This document shows, piece after piece, positions 13,475 through 25,489 of a stretch of 64,000 bases of DNA. This stretch comes from Tubulanus polymorphus (lineage: Eukaryota > Animalia > Nemertea). Position numbers and translations under genes: made by a program. Position 1 is the stretch's first letter. Every line of letters begins with the position of its first letter. The notes beneath the pieces were generated by a model, which ran no database searches, was not told where the DNA came from, and was given only the letters and a program-made list of their open reading frames with translations. The DNA is taken from contig NC_134026.1 in NCBI RefSeq assembly GCF_964204645.1, forward strand, positions 3,433,950 through 3,497,949. Direction: 5' to 3'.

Positions 13475-14399
13475 CATTGATGTATATTGAATGAAAAAGC
13501 TGCACGTAAATATGAAATGTGTACGAGAACCTTGAAAGCAGTGAAAAAAGATATAAACTAGAGGTGCAGGGACACCATGCCCACTCGGTGAAATGCTTGA
13601 CAATCTGACAATTTCAATATTCAATGCCCATGGTAAACATAACAAAAACCAATGCTACAAATATGCAATTGATTGCGGTTATATGCATAAATACCAAAAC
13701 TCATGGAAAAATTGTATGAATTCAATACCCCTGATGGGAAGAATAGAAAATGGGGTAAGACTGGTCCTATGACAATGCTAACAATTATCAAACATCATGA
13801 CTGTAAGTTAAAGCAACCCAATATTTCTAATAATGATGGGGGATACATATCGATATCAAACATCAAATGTTGGAGAAATCTTTGAAACCTCCCATAAAAA
13901 CTTCAAAACTGTGTAAAACTGCCGATTTTGGCGAACAAGAATGGCTACCAGTCAGCCATCTTGATATTCTGCGAGTCGAATAACGGATGAAAAGCAAATA
14001 CACTAGCCTGCTGGGACTCAAGTTAAGCTTAAAATCGATTTAAAAAAAATTCAACAATATTTTAGAAAAAAACTAGAATCTAGAGAAACCAAAAAGTGAA
14101 AAGCCTAAAAACTAAATAAAAGTTCTCTAACAGTAACGAAAAAATACTGATTTAAAATTCCATTGTTTCATTCATTTATAATCTATTTCAGCTTAAAACC
14201 CTAAATCCCTAAAATTAAGATAACATTAAAGATTATGTTTCAATGACCTGAGAGTATTGTATTATTAATCATTCTTATTAACTGCAAGTTCATCAAACAA
14301 TAAAAAACCGAATCATCTACTCTATAACTAGTGATGTTACTTTCAATAACAAGAAAACAGGGGGGTAATTAAAACTGGTGTTAACGATAAAATATCCTC

Positions 14400-15255
14400 A
14401 ATGAACTGAGAGTGATTTCAACAATGATGAATTTACCCTCAGTTCACCCATTGTTTTACTGATGATCCTGAGAGTGATTTCAACAATGATGAATTTACCC
14501 TCAGTTCACCCATTGTTTTAATGATGATCCTGAGAGTAATTTCAACAATGATGAATTTACCCTCAGTTCATCCATTGTTTTAATGGTGATCCTGAGAGTG
14601 ATTTCAACAATGATGAATTTACCCTCAGTTCATTCATTGTTTTAATGATGATCCTGAGAGTGATTTCAACAATGATGAATTTACCCTCAGTTCATTCATT
14701 GTTTTAATGATGATCCTGAGAGTGATTTCAACAATGATGAATTTACCCTCAGTTCATTCATTGTTTTAATGATGATCCTGAGAGTGATTTCAACAATGAT
14801 GAATTTACCCTCAGTTCATTCATTGTTTTAATGATGATCCTGAGAGTGATTTCAACAATGATGAATTTACCCTCAGTTCATTCATTGTTTTAATGATGAT
14901 CCTGAGAGTGATTTCAACAATGATGAATTTACCCTCAGTTCATTCATTCTTTAATGATGATCCTGAGAGTGAATCCAACAATGATGAATTTACCCTCAGT
15001 TCATCCATTGTTTTAATGATGATCCCGAAAGTGATTTCAACAATGATGAATTTACCCTCAGTTCATCCATTGTTTTAATGATGATCCTGAGTGTGATTTC
15101 AACAATGATGAATTTACCCTCAGTTCATCCATTGTTTTAATGATGATCCTGAAAGTAATTTCAACAATGATGAATTTACCCTCAGTATATTCATTGTTTT
15201 AATGATGATCCTGAAAGTAATTTCAACGATGCTGAATTTACCCTCAGTTCATCAC
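14400..15255. repeat. 62-bp tandem satellite, ~14 copies
   Basis: gagagt at 14470, 14532, 14594 etc. The core is ctgagagtgatttc...gaatttaccctcag. Confidence 0.95.
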
Positions 15256-15624
15256 ATTCTAAGATGTTACTGTTTTATTCAGTGAAAATCTCTGAACCGC
15301 ATAAAAAAAGGCGATCTTTATTAATTGATTAATATACCCGAGTGTAACTTATCATAAGATAAATTGACCCTCAATTTATCAGAGGTTTATACTTTATTTA
15401 AGTTAACAGCTATAGTGAAAACTTGACCTAAATGAACTAAAACTTTAACTAAATTAGACTTAAATCAACTGGAACGAATTAAATTCATAAACAGCGAAAA
15501 TTACTAAAATAACTAAACAAAAACCAACTAATCTAAACTAAGGTTAACTTGAAACCAAAGTTTTAATATCTAGTTTCAAACGCACTAGTGATTAATCATA
15601 AACATCATGCTCACAATTTAACAA

Positions 15625-15699
15625 GACCCAGTTCCACAGTTATGCAACAAATATGTATCTAAATTCTTGTATCCAAATCAAACTGTGGAACTGAGTCCT
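15625..15699. mobile_element. Short MITE-like inverted repeat
   Basis: gacccagttccacagtt...aactgtggaactgagtc. A related terminus occurs at ~31678. Confidence 0.5.
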
Positions 15700-15707
15700 G
15701 TATTGTA

Positions 15708-15878
15708 TGGAACGAGATAAATGAAAAACAATCTGAGTGTATTTTTCATATGATGTTTTCAGTCATATATTTTCTTGATATGACATCAAATTAAAAATTA
15801 AAAATTTCATACGACGGGACGCTGAAAATACCATGTGAAAAATACACTCAGACTGTTTTTTATTCATCGCATTCCATG
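15708..15878. mobile_element. Foldback MITE
   Basis: aaaaacaatctgagtgtatttttcatatg...catgtgaaaaatacactcagactgttttt inverted arms of ~55 bp. Confidence 0.65.
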
Positions 15879-18014
15879 ATAGTGAAACACCAACTGAAAA
15901 TGAGTAGATAATTCACTGAATTACTTTAATAAAATTTAAAAAAAACTACAAGAAAAAAGGTTAAGAAAGTATGAGAAAAAGTTCTCAATCACATTCATAT
16001 TTACTAAGCCTATATCAACTACGAGTAAAAGCTCTTTATGCGTGCACTATATACAGCATGGGCCTTTTATATAACCACTATTTATATCTGTGTTGTGGAC
16101 CACGTAATTGTGTCAAAGAGTATTCGGTGATAAAACCTGGACCTTCAGTTATTCCATTCTCATGAAATCACTGGGGTTCGAATATACACAGTGATAGTCA
16201 TATATAAAATATTTCATTAAATTGATCTTTTAGTTCGTATTGAAATACAAATAAATCATTGTTCTAAAAGGAATATATACAAATAAAATAGTTTTTAAAT
16301 ATAAAAAATAAAATAGTTTTCAAATATAAACAACAAAAAATAGTTTTTTAGATATATACAAATAAAATAGTTTAAAAAGATACTGAGATAAAATACATAC
16401 AAATGAAATAGTATAAAATTCAGATAAAATAGTTTTTAGATATCATAGGTATTTTAAAATTCAGATAAAATAGTTTCTTTAATAGATTAAAATTCACATA
16501 AAATAGTTTTTAGATATCACAGGTGTTTTAAAATTCAGATATAAAATAGTTTCTTCAATCTTTTTAAAATTCAGATAAAATAGTTTTAAATATTATAGAT
16601 ACTTTAAAATTGAGATAATTTAAAATACTTTCTACAATTGTCTTAAAAATACGGGTAAAATAGTTTTTAGAGTGTTTTCAGAATTACTAGTTTAGAAGTA
16701 TCAATGAAATGTTTGCAGATATGAATATTTCATAATTTATACCAATGAAATAGATTTAGATGGATCACCTTGATCAATCATAATATCGAACCAAAACATC
16801 ATTGAAAGAATCCAATAATAGCGATAATAATTCACATAAAATATGATTTTGGGAAATATAGGACATATTAGGAAAAATTCAAACTTTTGGAAAGTTAAGA
16901 TTAGGAAACTCGTAGTAAATTGGAATTTCAATTGAAATTGGAATTAGGAAATTTGTAGTAAATTGGAATTTCAGCACTGAAGGACTCAAAATTTAGGAAC
17001 TTTGTTCTATCTTGGAACGAGAGAAACTGGAACCACAAAAATACAACAAACTGTTCAACATGTGCAGTATGACCGGGTCTCAGTCAGTAGAAATCTATTG
17101 ATGATGCTGGTTTTAGTTTGGATTTTGTGACCTCTTCACAACAATAATTGCAAAATGGCTGAGAAACTACAAATAGCCTCTTTTCATGTAATCAATTAGT
17201 AGGTTATATCACATACTTTGATACAACTTATGCCGTTTTTGGGGACGAAGGAAGCACCTGAGAACCTGATCAGATTAACAACCATATGAATGATTGACCT
17301 CTTGAAAACAACTTCAGCGTAGATTTCTTAAATCTATTGATAATTCACTCTCAACAGCCATTTATCTGACGTGTGTTTTATGCATTGCTCGCCTACATGG
17401 AAACAATTCCATGCTCTATCAACCATATTTCAATTGCTAAACGCAATTCCTGCAATTTAGACCCCAATCAAGGACCAGGAGTTACTTTATCAGAGCGGTG
17501 TCTATTACTGAGTTGATCGATTGTTATGAACTTAACAATTTTCCTTTTAGACCATCTCCTCTATCATATCTCTCTAAACTCCTCTATCATATCTCCATAA
17601 ACTCCTCTCTCATATTCCCTGAACCTCCTCTCTCATACCTCCCTGAACCTCCTCTCTCATACCTCCCTGAACCTCCTCTCTCATATATCAGACCTCCTCT
17701 CTCATATGCCTTATTGATTTCAACAAGAGATTAATTAAGACTAATTATTAACAAGAATTTTGAACTCAACCCTTGATCCTGGTGATCGTTAGAATCAGTA
17801 GAGATCAATATCAATCTATAAAACCCGATCACTGATGTGATAACAACGAACTTTCCAATCCAAGATCTTTATTTTATACTTTCTTTATCAGAGATTCTTA
17901 ATCATTGCATTTTTGCAGATCTTAGCATTTTTCTATTATATCCTATGTTCAATTATGAACTCATGCATTCATGCATTGATCACCGATCCAGATGGTGATG
18001 GTTTCACACCTTAG

Positions 18015-18190
18015 AAATGTAATGAAATTGATTACCGTAGTCTTTGCTGTGGTTTCCTTTCTTGCGCAATTTTTAATCCGGGCAATCTCACGTATATAAA
18101 TATATATCCCTTTTCCTTATGAGTAAACATTTTAAATCCCTCCGATCACATGTGAAGGATTTCCCTCCGTTGTTGAGCATTAGATATTAA
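18015..18190 (+). pseudogene. Decayed ORF C-terminus, homologous to 60715-61056
   Basis: VMKLITVVFAVVSFLAQFLI...KSLRSHVKDFPPLLSIRY* versus VMKLITVVFAVISILVQHFI...KSIRSHLKDFLPLFGNKY*. Internal stop and frameshift present. Confidence 0.45.
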
Positions 18191-18474
18191 CATTTCAATC
18201 ATTCAAAATTTCACGTCATATTAAATTAATCTTTAATTCTGTAATTAGAAAAACAAATATGTTAATAACGATATAATGGTTTAGCACTTGACGTATAGAC
18301 GTCACAGTATTTGGGGGAGGGGGCAACATGGAACATTGAACAATCTGTTTCAATGAAATTTCCTAAGGAATCGCATTATGTGAAACATAGCTGTTCCTTC
18401 TCCACGTTATTTTCAGCTTCATAAGGAAACGCATTATGTGTGAAACATAGCTATTCCTTCTCCATGTTTCAATA

Positions 18475-20270
18475 AAGTTCGATAAAGAATCACATAACAG
18501 TTCCTTTTGATTTGAAAAATCTACATTTTTCAAACTCCATAGGACTTATTGTAGGAATTTATTCCCTGCATATCCCGAAAGACATTTGAAAAGGCTGACC
18601 ATGGCATTAGAATTGATGACTCCTAAGAAGGCTACTGCCACAATTAGGTGGCATGGATGGCTACTGCTGCAAAGTAGTGGCAAGGATGGTAAATGCTTCA
18701 GCATCATGAGAAGCAAAATCAACCTGAATGATTAAGGTATTGTAATGGAAGTAGTTCGATAAAGAATCACATTACGTGAATCATAGCTGTTCCTTTTGAT
18801 TTGAAAAATCCACTTTTTTCAAACTCCATAGGAGTTATTGTAGGAATTGATTCCCTGCATATCCCGAAAAAGATTTACAACGGCTGACCATAGAATTAGA
18901 ATTGATGACTCCTAAGAAGGCTACTGCCACAATCAGGTGGTATGGATGGTTAGTAGTGGCAAGGATGGTAAATGCTTCAGCATCGTGAGAAGCAAAATCA
19001 ACCTTAATGATTAAGGTATTGCAATGGAAGTAGTTCGATAAAGAATCACATTATGTGAATCATAGCTGTTCCTTTTGATTTGAAAAATCCACTTTTTTCA
19101 AACTCCATAGGAGTTATTGTAGGAATTGATTCCCTGCATATCCCGAAAAAGATTTACAACGGCTGACCATAGAATTAGAATTGATGACTCCTAAGAAGGC
19201 TACTGCCACAATCAGGTGGTATGGATGGTTAGTAGTGGCAAGGATGGTAAATGCTTCAGCATCGTGAGAAGCAAAATCAACCTTAATGATTAAGGTATTG
19301 CAATGGAAGTAGTTCGATAAAGAATCACATTATGTGAATCATAGCTGTTCCTTTTGATTTGAAAAATCCACTTTTTTCAAACTCCATAGGAGTTATTGTA
19401 GGAATTGATTCCCTGCATATCCCGAAAAAGATTTACAACGGCTGACCATAGAATTAGAATTGATGACTCCTAAGAAGGCTACTGCCACAATCAGGTGGTA
19501 TGGATGGTTAGTAGTGGCAAGGATGGTAAATGCTTCAGCATCGTGAGAAGCAAAATCAACCTTAATGATTAAGGTATTGCAATGGAAGTAGTTCGATAAA
19601 GAATCACATTATGTGAATCATAGCTGTTCCTTTTGATTTGAAAAATCCACTTTTTTCAAACTCCATAGGAGTTATTGTAGGAATTGATTCCCTGCATATC
19701 CCGAAAAAGATTTACAACGGCTGACCATAGAATTAGAATTGATGACTCCTAAGAAGGCTACTGCCACAATCAGGTGGTATGGATGGTTAGTAGTGGCAAG
19801 GATGGTAAATGCTTCAGCATCGTGAGAAGCAAAATCAACCTTAATGATTAAGGTATTGCAATGGAAGTAGTTCGATAAAGAATCACATTATGTGAATCAT
19901 AGCTGTTCCTTTTGATTTGAAAAATCCACTTTTTTCAAACTCCATAGGAGTTATTGTAGGAATTGATTCCCTGCATATCCCGAAAAAGATTTACAACGGC
20001 TGACCATAGAATTAGAATTGATGACTCCTAAGAAGGCTACTGCCACAATCAGGTGGTATGGATGGTTACTGCTGCAAAGTAGTGGCAAGGATGGTTTATA
20101 TCCCGAAAGACATTTGAAAAGGTCGACCATGGTATTAGAATTGATGACTCCTAAGAAGGCTACTGCCACAATTAGGTGGTATAGATGGCTACTGCTGCAA
20201 AGTAGCGGCAAGATGGTTAATGCTTCAGCATTGTGAGAAGCACAATGAACCTTAGTTAATAAGGTATGGT
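18475..20270. repeat. 279-bp tandem satellite, ~6 copies
   Basis: gttcgataaagaatcaca at 18477, 18754, 19033, 19312, 19591, 19870. Central copies are near identical. Confidence 0.95.
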
Positions 20271-20547
20271 AAGAGTTAATGCAAAAATGGGTTAAAATGG
20301 AGTGGAACACAGTGGGACGTACAGTCAAAAAAAAATAAATAAATGATTTAAAAAGTAAATGAATGGGATGATGGACAAATATTTCTTTTTGTCCAAAAAG
20401 TAAATAAAGGGATGAAATGATAATGAATTTTTTTTATTTTTCAATTTTTTAAATTTTTTTGGAGAAACCGTAAAACCTCCATAAAAGCAATGATTATATG
20501 CAATGATGTCTGGTTTTTTATTTTTATATTTTTTTTATAAAAGTAAG

Positions 20548-20710
20548 GGAGGACTGCACGCCCACTGGTTCAAGGAGTGTTGACAGATATTTGACACTGC
20601 GCGAACTGCAGATCGACGAAGAAGAAAGGAAAGCGGAGTTTCAAGAAGTGCCGATCTGCAGACGTGCGTGGGCTGATGTTGTTGCCCGGGTGATGGCGAG
20701 TGAAGGGGCT
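20548..20710 (-). other. Conserved putative structured RNA element in 3' UTR
   Basis: Strongly conserved with 62298-62501. Stem ctgcagatcggc/gtcgatctgcag has a variable loop, plus a gggc-aacaacatca-gccc hairpin. Confidence 0.55.
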
Positions 20711-20719
20711 GATGTCATT

Positions 20720-21579
20720 TTAATGGGTTCGCCGACGTTTTACTAATTGATATTTTCCTTTAAAGGCCCCTTCAACATCGCGGAGCATTCTTATTGGATC
20801 TTTATACTCGATGTTTCTTGACCAACCAGGGCCGCGCGCGATGAGCTCGACAGCGGGGGAAGGTGGTGGCCCCGCTGGAGCGCCCGATGTCGATGCCTGG
20901 GCGGGCGTATTATTGTTTTCGTAATCATCATCATCACTTTCTTCATCTTCAAGTCTTCTTTTTCTATTTCTTGTATTATTTGATCTAGTTGTCGGAGTTG
21001 TAGTAGTACTAGTCGCAGTTGAAGTAGGTGGTCGTGGTCGTCTTTTCTTAGTAGTGGTAGTAGTGGTAGTAGTAGTAGAATTAGTAGTAGGTGGTTGTCG
21101 TGGTCGTCGTGGTGGTCTAGTATCATCGCGAGGTGGTGGTGTTGCGGGCCCTGGTGGTGTTGCTCCAGGAGTGGCGAATTCCTCCTCATCACTGCTCGCC
21201 TCCTCAAAATTTGGTTGTCTCGGTGGGGGAGGACGAGCCGCACGCTTGCCTTTGTTTTTTGGTTTCGGACGCCCCGAACCTATTGAGTAATTTATTTCTT
21301 GTGTCTTTCGACGGGGCGACCGACGCAGTGAAGGCGTCTGAAGCTGTGGCGCCTCTGTCGGGGTCACCACTGCAGGGGCGACCTCCTGCTCCACATTTAC
21401 AGGAGAAGCAGGGTCCACCTCCTGCAAAGGAACCAACTCAAATGGTGGAATGATTTCTGGAGTTGGTTCCTTAGGCCCGCAGAGAGATACACACCTTGTA
21501 TGAATGTCTTTAAATCCTTGAAGTGCTCTGCGGGCTGCTTCAGACTGGTCATGGTTAAGAGAGTCTATGATGTCTAAAT
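20720..21579 (-). CDS. Terminal coding exon of orphan basic Pro/Thr-rich putative nuclear protein (copy 1)
   Basis: 860-nt open exon after a ttttttttttcattccag acceptor (phase 1). GC-rich. A paralog with the same acceptor phase and a conserved C-terminus lies at 62511-63259. AATAAA follows downstream. Confidence 0.85.
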
Positions 21580-22405
21580 CTGGAATGAAAAAAAAAAACA
21601 TTAAGGATCATGCATATAACACATAAATGACATGTTCGCATATAATTATCATATTTGTAAATAGTTACCAATAAAATAATGGATGTGATGTGATGGAAAT
21701 AACAAAGAAAATTGGGTAAGAAGGGTCATTTGAAGGTTTGGAAGCGATCGTAAGCTTATTTTGCGAGAAGTGATCATGTCACTGGTTGTACGATACGGTT
21801 GTACAACTAACTCTGTTGTAACTACACTTTTAACCGCTTTCATGATTTGCATCATCCATTACATAATAACGATAAGTCGACAGTATATCATCAGTGAGGC
21901 TGATAATTGAATCTTTCAATACACATTTTATAAAGGTATTTTTATGTCTTATATACTTATGTATTACAGAACCAACCCCGTCCGTGGATTGGTACTTTGC
22001 TAGTTGCTGGCGACTAACACTTTTGTTAATTCATTACTGGAACTACTGATTGTAAACTACTGTTACATCCTACAATTACCTTGACAATCAATTTTGGGTA
22101 GCAAATCATGAATAAAGAAACACTAGATTTTTTGTCCGGAGGTGAAGACGTACCAGGCTCCAGCTGACAAAAACTATACATCATTATGAATAATCAATGG
22201 AATTGCAAACCTATGACCCTTGTTTCAAAATCATTTTTCGGAATGAAAGTCTATCTGAGAACCTGCTTGAAATAACACGCATGATAACTTTCATTTATCA
22301 ACCGATTGACACAGAGACTTTGCAACGATAAAAGGTCTAATTGAAAACAAATGAAGCTCTGTATCAACAAAACTTGAAACAAAAGTGAAAAATGTGTCCA
22401 CACTT

Positions 22406-22630
22406 TAGGCTAAACAAAAATGATACCTTGTTTCTCCGCAGAGGCCGGGTCATTTTTGTAAAATATGATAAAATTTGTAAACAGTTCATTTCTATAGCGG
22501 CCGGGTCTGTTATGGTGAAATTGATCACGATTTAAAAAAAAGTAATGTTTTGGGTAGATAGGCGGCCGGCCGGGTCAACATTTAAGCTCAGCAGAGCGGA
22601 GAAACAAGGTATCAATTTTTTTTGGCCTTA
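22406..22630. mobile_element. Non-autonomous TIR DNA transposon (MITE), TTAA-like flanks
   Basis: ggctaaacaaaaatgataccttgtttctccgc ... gcggagaaacaaggtatcaattttttttggcc. Confidence 0.75.
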
Positions 22631-23029
22631 AGTGCAGAAATTTAATCAATTATTTTGTAGAACACTTTTTGATTGCATACAGGGCCACAGTAAGAGGAAG
22701 AATTTGCATTTTATTTCCTCTGAACATGAGGCAAGCGTGTACATATATTTTCTTCTGAATTTTCTCAAAAATGAAGACAAAATTTTGACTGATTTGTGGA
22801 TATTTTATTGTTTAAACTATTTACAGCATGAATTATAACAGAAAAATGACACAAATCATTACACTTCACTGAATCTAAAACCAGTAAAAGCCATTTCACA
22901 AAACACTGCCCGCTACTGCACCTTCAGAAACAACACTCACTACAAATAAAAAAACATTCATTTTGAAGAACAATATTTAACTATCAACACAAATGGCTGT
23001 AATTCATTATTCCTAATAGAATATTCATT

Positions 23030-23712
23030 AGGCGCGATCACACGACGAAATTTAGACCGGTCTAAATTTGGTCCGGTCCAATTTAGACCGGACCAAACGT
23101 TCTAGAAGAGCGAACCAGGTCCGGACCAAATTTTGGACCGGTCTAAATACGCGTGTGTGGACAGAAACTGGTACCAGGTCCGGTCTAAATCGTAATTCTG
23201 AATCTCTGCGGTAGATGTCGCCACCTCTGCGGCAGAGTGTGAGTCCAGTTTATTAAGTTTTAAATGCTTTTATTACCGTTTATGTAATTATTTTTAAGTA
23301 CTGTTTTTACTCCCTATTCAATGGAAACTTTTGGAGCGTAATTCGTATTCGTATATCGCGATCATCATCCGTTTTACTGCCGTGCTTTGAACCGTGTTTA
23401 AACGACACTTAGAGTTTCAGCATGATAGAATAAAATCGAATTCGCAAAAATGTCTAAACCTGACAGAGGATCAAAATTGGTCAAATGAAGAATGCCGTGC
23501 TCTAATTGGAATCTGAAAGCAAGACTTCATCCAGGCGTAATTAATCATTTAGCAGATGGCGACATCTTGTGGGCCCGGTGACAAGCGATTTTTTCACCGT
23601 GTGTCATAACGCCGTGTGAACGCTCACCAAAATTTGGTCCGGTCTAAATTTGGACAGGACCAGGTACGGACCCATTTAAACCGATCTAACTAGTTGTCGT
23701 GTAAACGCGGCT
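23030..23712 (+). mobile_element. PIF/Harbinger internal-deletion derivative
   Basis: TIRs aggcgcgatcacacgac / gtcgtgtaaacgcggct with subterminal ggaccggtctaaa repeats. Internal remnant QNWSNEECRALIGI*KQDFIQA*L (~23470-23545) resembles the Myb/SANT-like domain start of Harbinger DNA-binding proteins. Confidence 0.7.
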
Positions 23713-24324
23713 ATTGTCAGCAATAGGCCTATCGGTACATCACATATTCATTACATAACTTACCTAGAATGTATAATTCATCTTACAGCAGCCATTGATT
23801 TATTCAGGACAACAAAATTCCATGCACAGCCATTTCAACTGGTATTCATCACACGGTAGACTCTTCCTAAACCGCTACACTTCCTTTTTATACCGAATTA
23901 GGCAGTTACCGGTTTGAAGAATTGCAAAAAAATCAATGGATGAAAAGAATTATTGAGCTGAACGACGGTCAAAATTATCAATTTCTTTGTATTTTATAAC
24001 ATCTGACCGTGTAGCGAATGGCCACGATTCCTTCTATAATACACCAAACACAAGTCGTTCAATAGACTGGACATTTCACGTTTCTTTATCCCGCAACATT
24101 TTCCTGTTTCGGTTCACTTGTGACGTCCTTGCATAATGGAAACTAAGACCAGTTTAAGTTACAGTAATAGAACATAAGGCCTCAACCTCTAACACAGATA
24201 GAAGATTGATAAGTAAATGTATTCTATATTGTAAGTGAACAGCCATTACAGTTTACCTGTTTAGGCAGAGAATAAACGGAAATGAAGTGAACATTTACGG
24301 GATAAGGGAAGCGTTCGGAGAAAC

Positions 24325-24580
24325 CAGGTCGTCGTGGATTCGAACCCCGTACATTACCGTGTCCCTAGCAAGACACTTATCCTCATTGCCTCTTTGCACC
24401 CAGGAATAAATAAATACCTGGCCTGACAGATGACTCCTGAGCGCCTAGCAGCTGCTCGGATGTTGCTTCTTCCCAGGAGACTATTAAATGGCTGGGGCAA
24501 TAAAACCGAAAATGTAAAGCTCTCTGAGCAGCTGCTGGATTTAGCACTAGATGCATAATATTATAATTATCATTATCATC
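24325..24580 (+). mobile_element. tRNA-derived SINE (Nin/Deu-like core, L2-like tail)
   Basis: B-box ggattcgaacccc, core gtgtccctagcaagacacttatcctcattgcctc...cacccagg, tail tgtaaagctctctgag...tattataattatcatt. Confidence 0.65.
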
Positions 24581-25489
24581 GAATAGAGCAATATACCAGA
24601 AAAGGCGAAATATATGTATTGAAAAACAACATTTCATCTTTATTTCATCGAATTGAACAGATTATACCAGATATAGACCGTCTACCAGTTTAAGTGGAGT
24701 CTACAGTATCATTAAGGGCAAAAAAATCCAGTAAAATCCGAGACATTTGAATATATTTTTCTAAAATGGATTTTCACCGAATTTTACTCCAAAAATTGCG
24801 ATATATCCTTCGAGTACTGCACATTTCCCTATAGTTTTTGCTAAGTCTAATTCATTTTCATTTCACGACAAACAGAAAAACAACACAAATAATTTCATTC
24901 AAGTTTCTTCTGTATTTTCATCATCAAACAAATACTTCAGCTTTTACTTTCAGAAACAACCACCAGGGGTAAGATCCATTTCACAGGACACTGTCCCCTG
25001 CTGTACCTTCAGAAATAACCAACAGGGGTAAAAACCATTTCACACGACACTGCCCGCTGCTGCAACTTCATACATTTAAATCCATTCACTACAAATTATA
25101 ATAAAACTTTTATTCATAAAAATTAAACATCAGCGAACAAAAAACAATATTAAGAATTTAGGCTTATTTCACATGTGTTCATTAAGTATTTCAAATAAGT
25201 CACTACTTACCCCTCAAATAGAGAATTCTTCAGTGGAGTAATTCACTATAAATACAGCTGCAGCCGTTTACAGAAAAAACAATATGAAATGTCGTTGTCG
25301 AACTTGTAGGGTGTAAAAGGGGATAGACCTAGATAAATGTCAGGCCTTGATAACAGTAGAGGAAATACTTTTTATGGCCTTTAGAAAATAAGAGAATTCT
25401 GAAAATAAAACATTAAGTTGAAGGGTAGGCCTATCTGATGAACTGCTAGAGGAAATTTGATAAAATCTGGTCTCAGAACGAAATTCGGT

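Noticed and set aside
17095-17515. Selenoprotein or alternative genetic code (in-frame TGA)
   Set aside because: A TAA also interrupts the frame and no SECIS was seen. TGG/CGA-to-TGA decay is simpler.
20660-20710. HDV-like ribozyme on the plus strand (tgggc...gatggcgagt)
   Set aside because: No P3/L3 (ccucc-cg type) segment or valid P1. Wobble evidence favours the minus strand.
22080-22163. Additional internal exon of the orphan gene
   Set aside because: It has splice-like ends, but the phase-1 frame contains a TAG. Similar donor-like sites at ~23760, 24255 and 25208 are unsupported.
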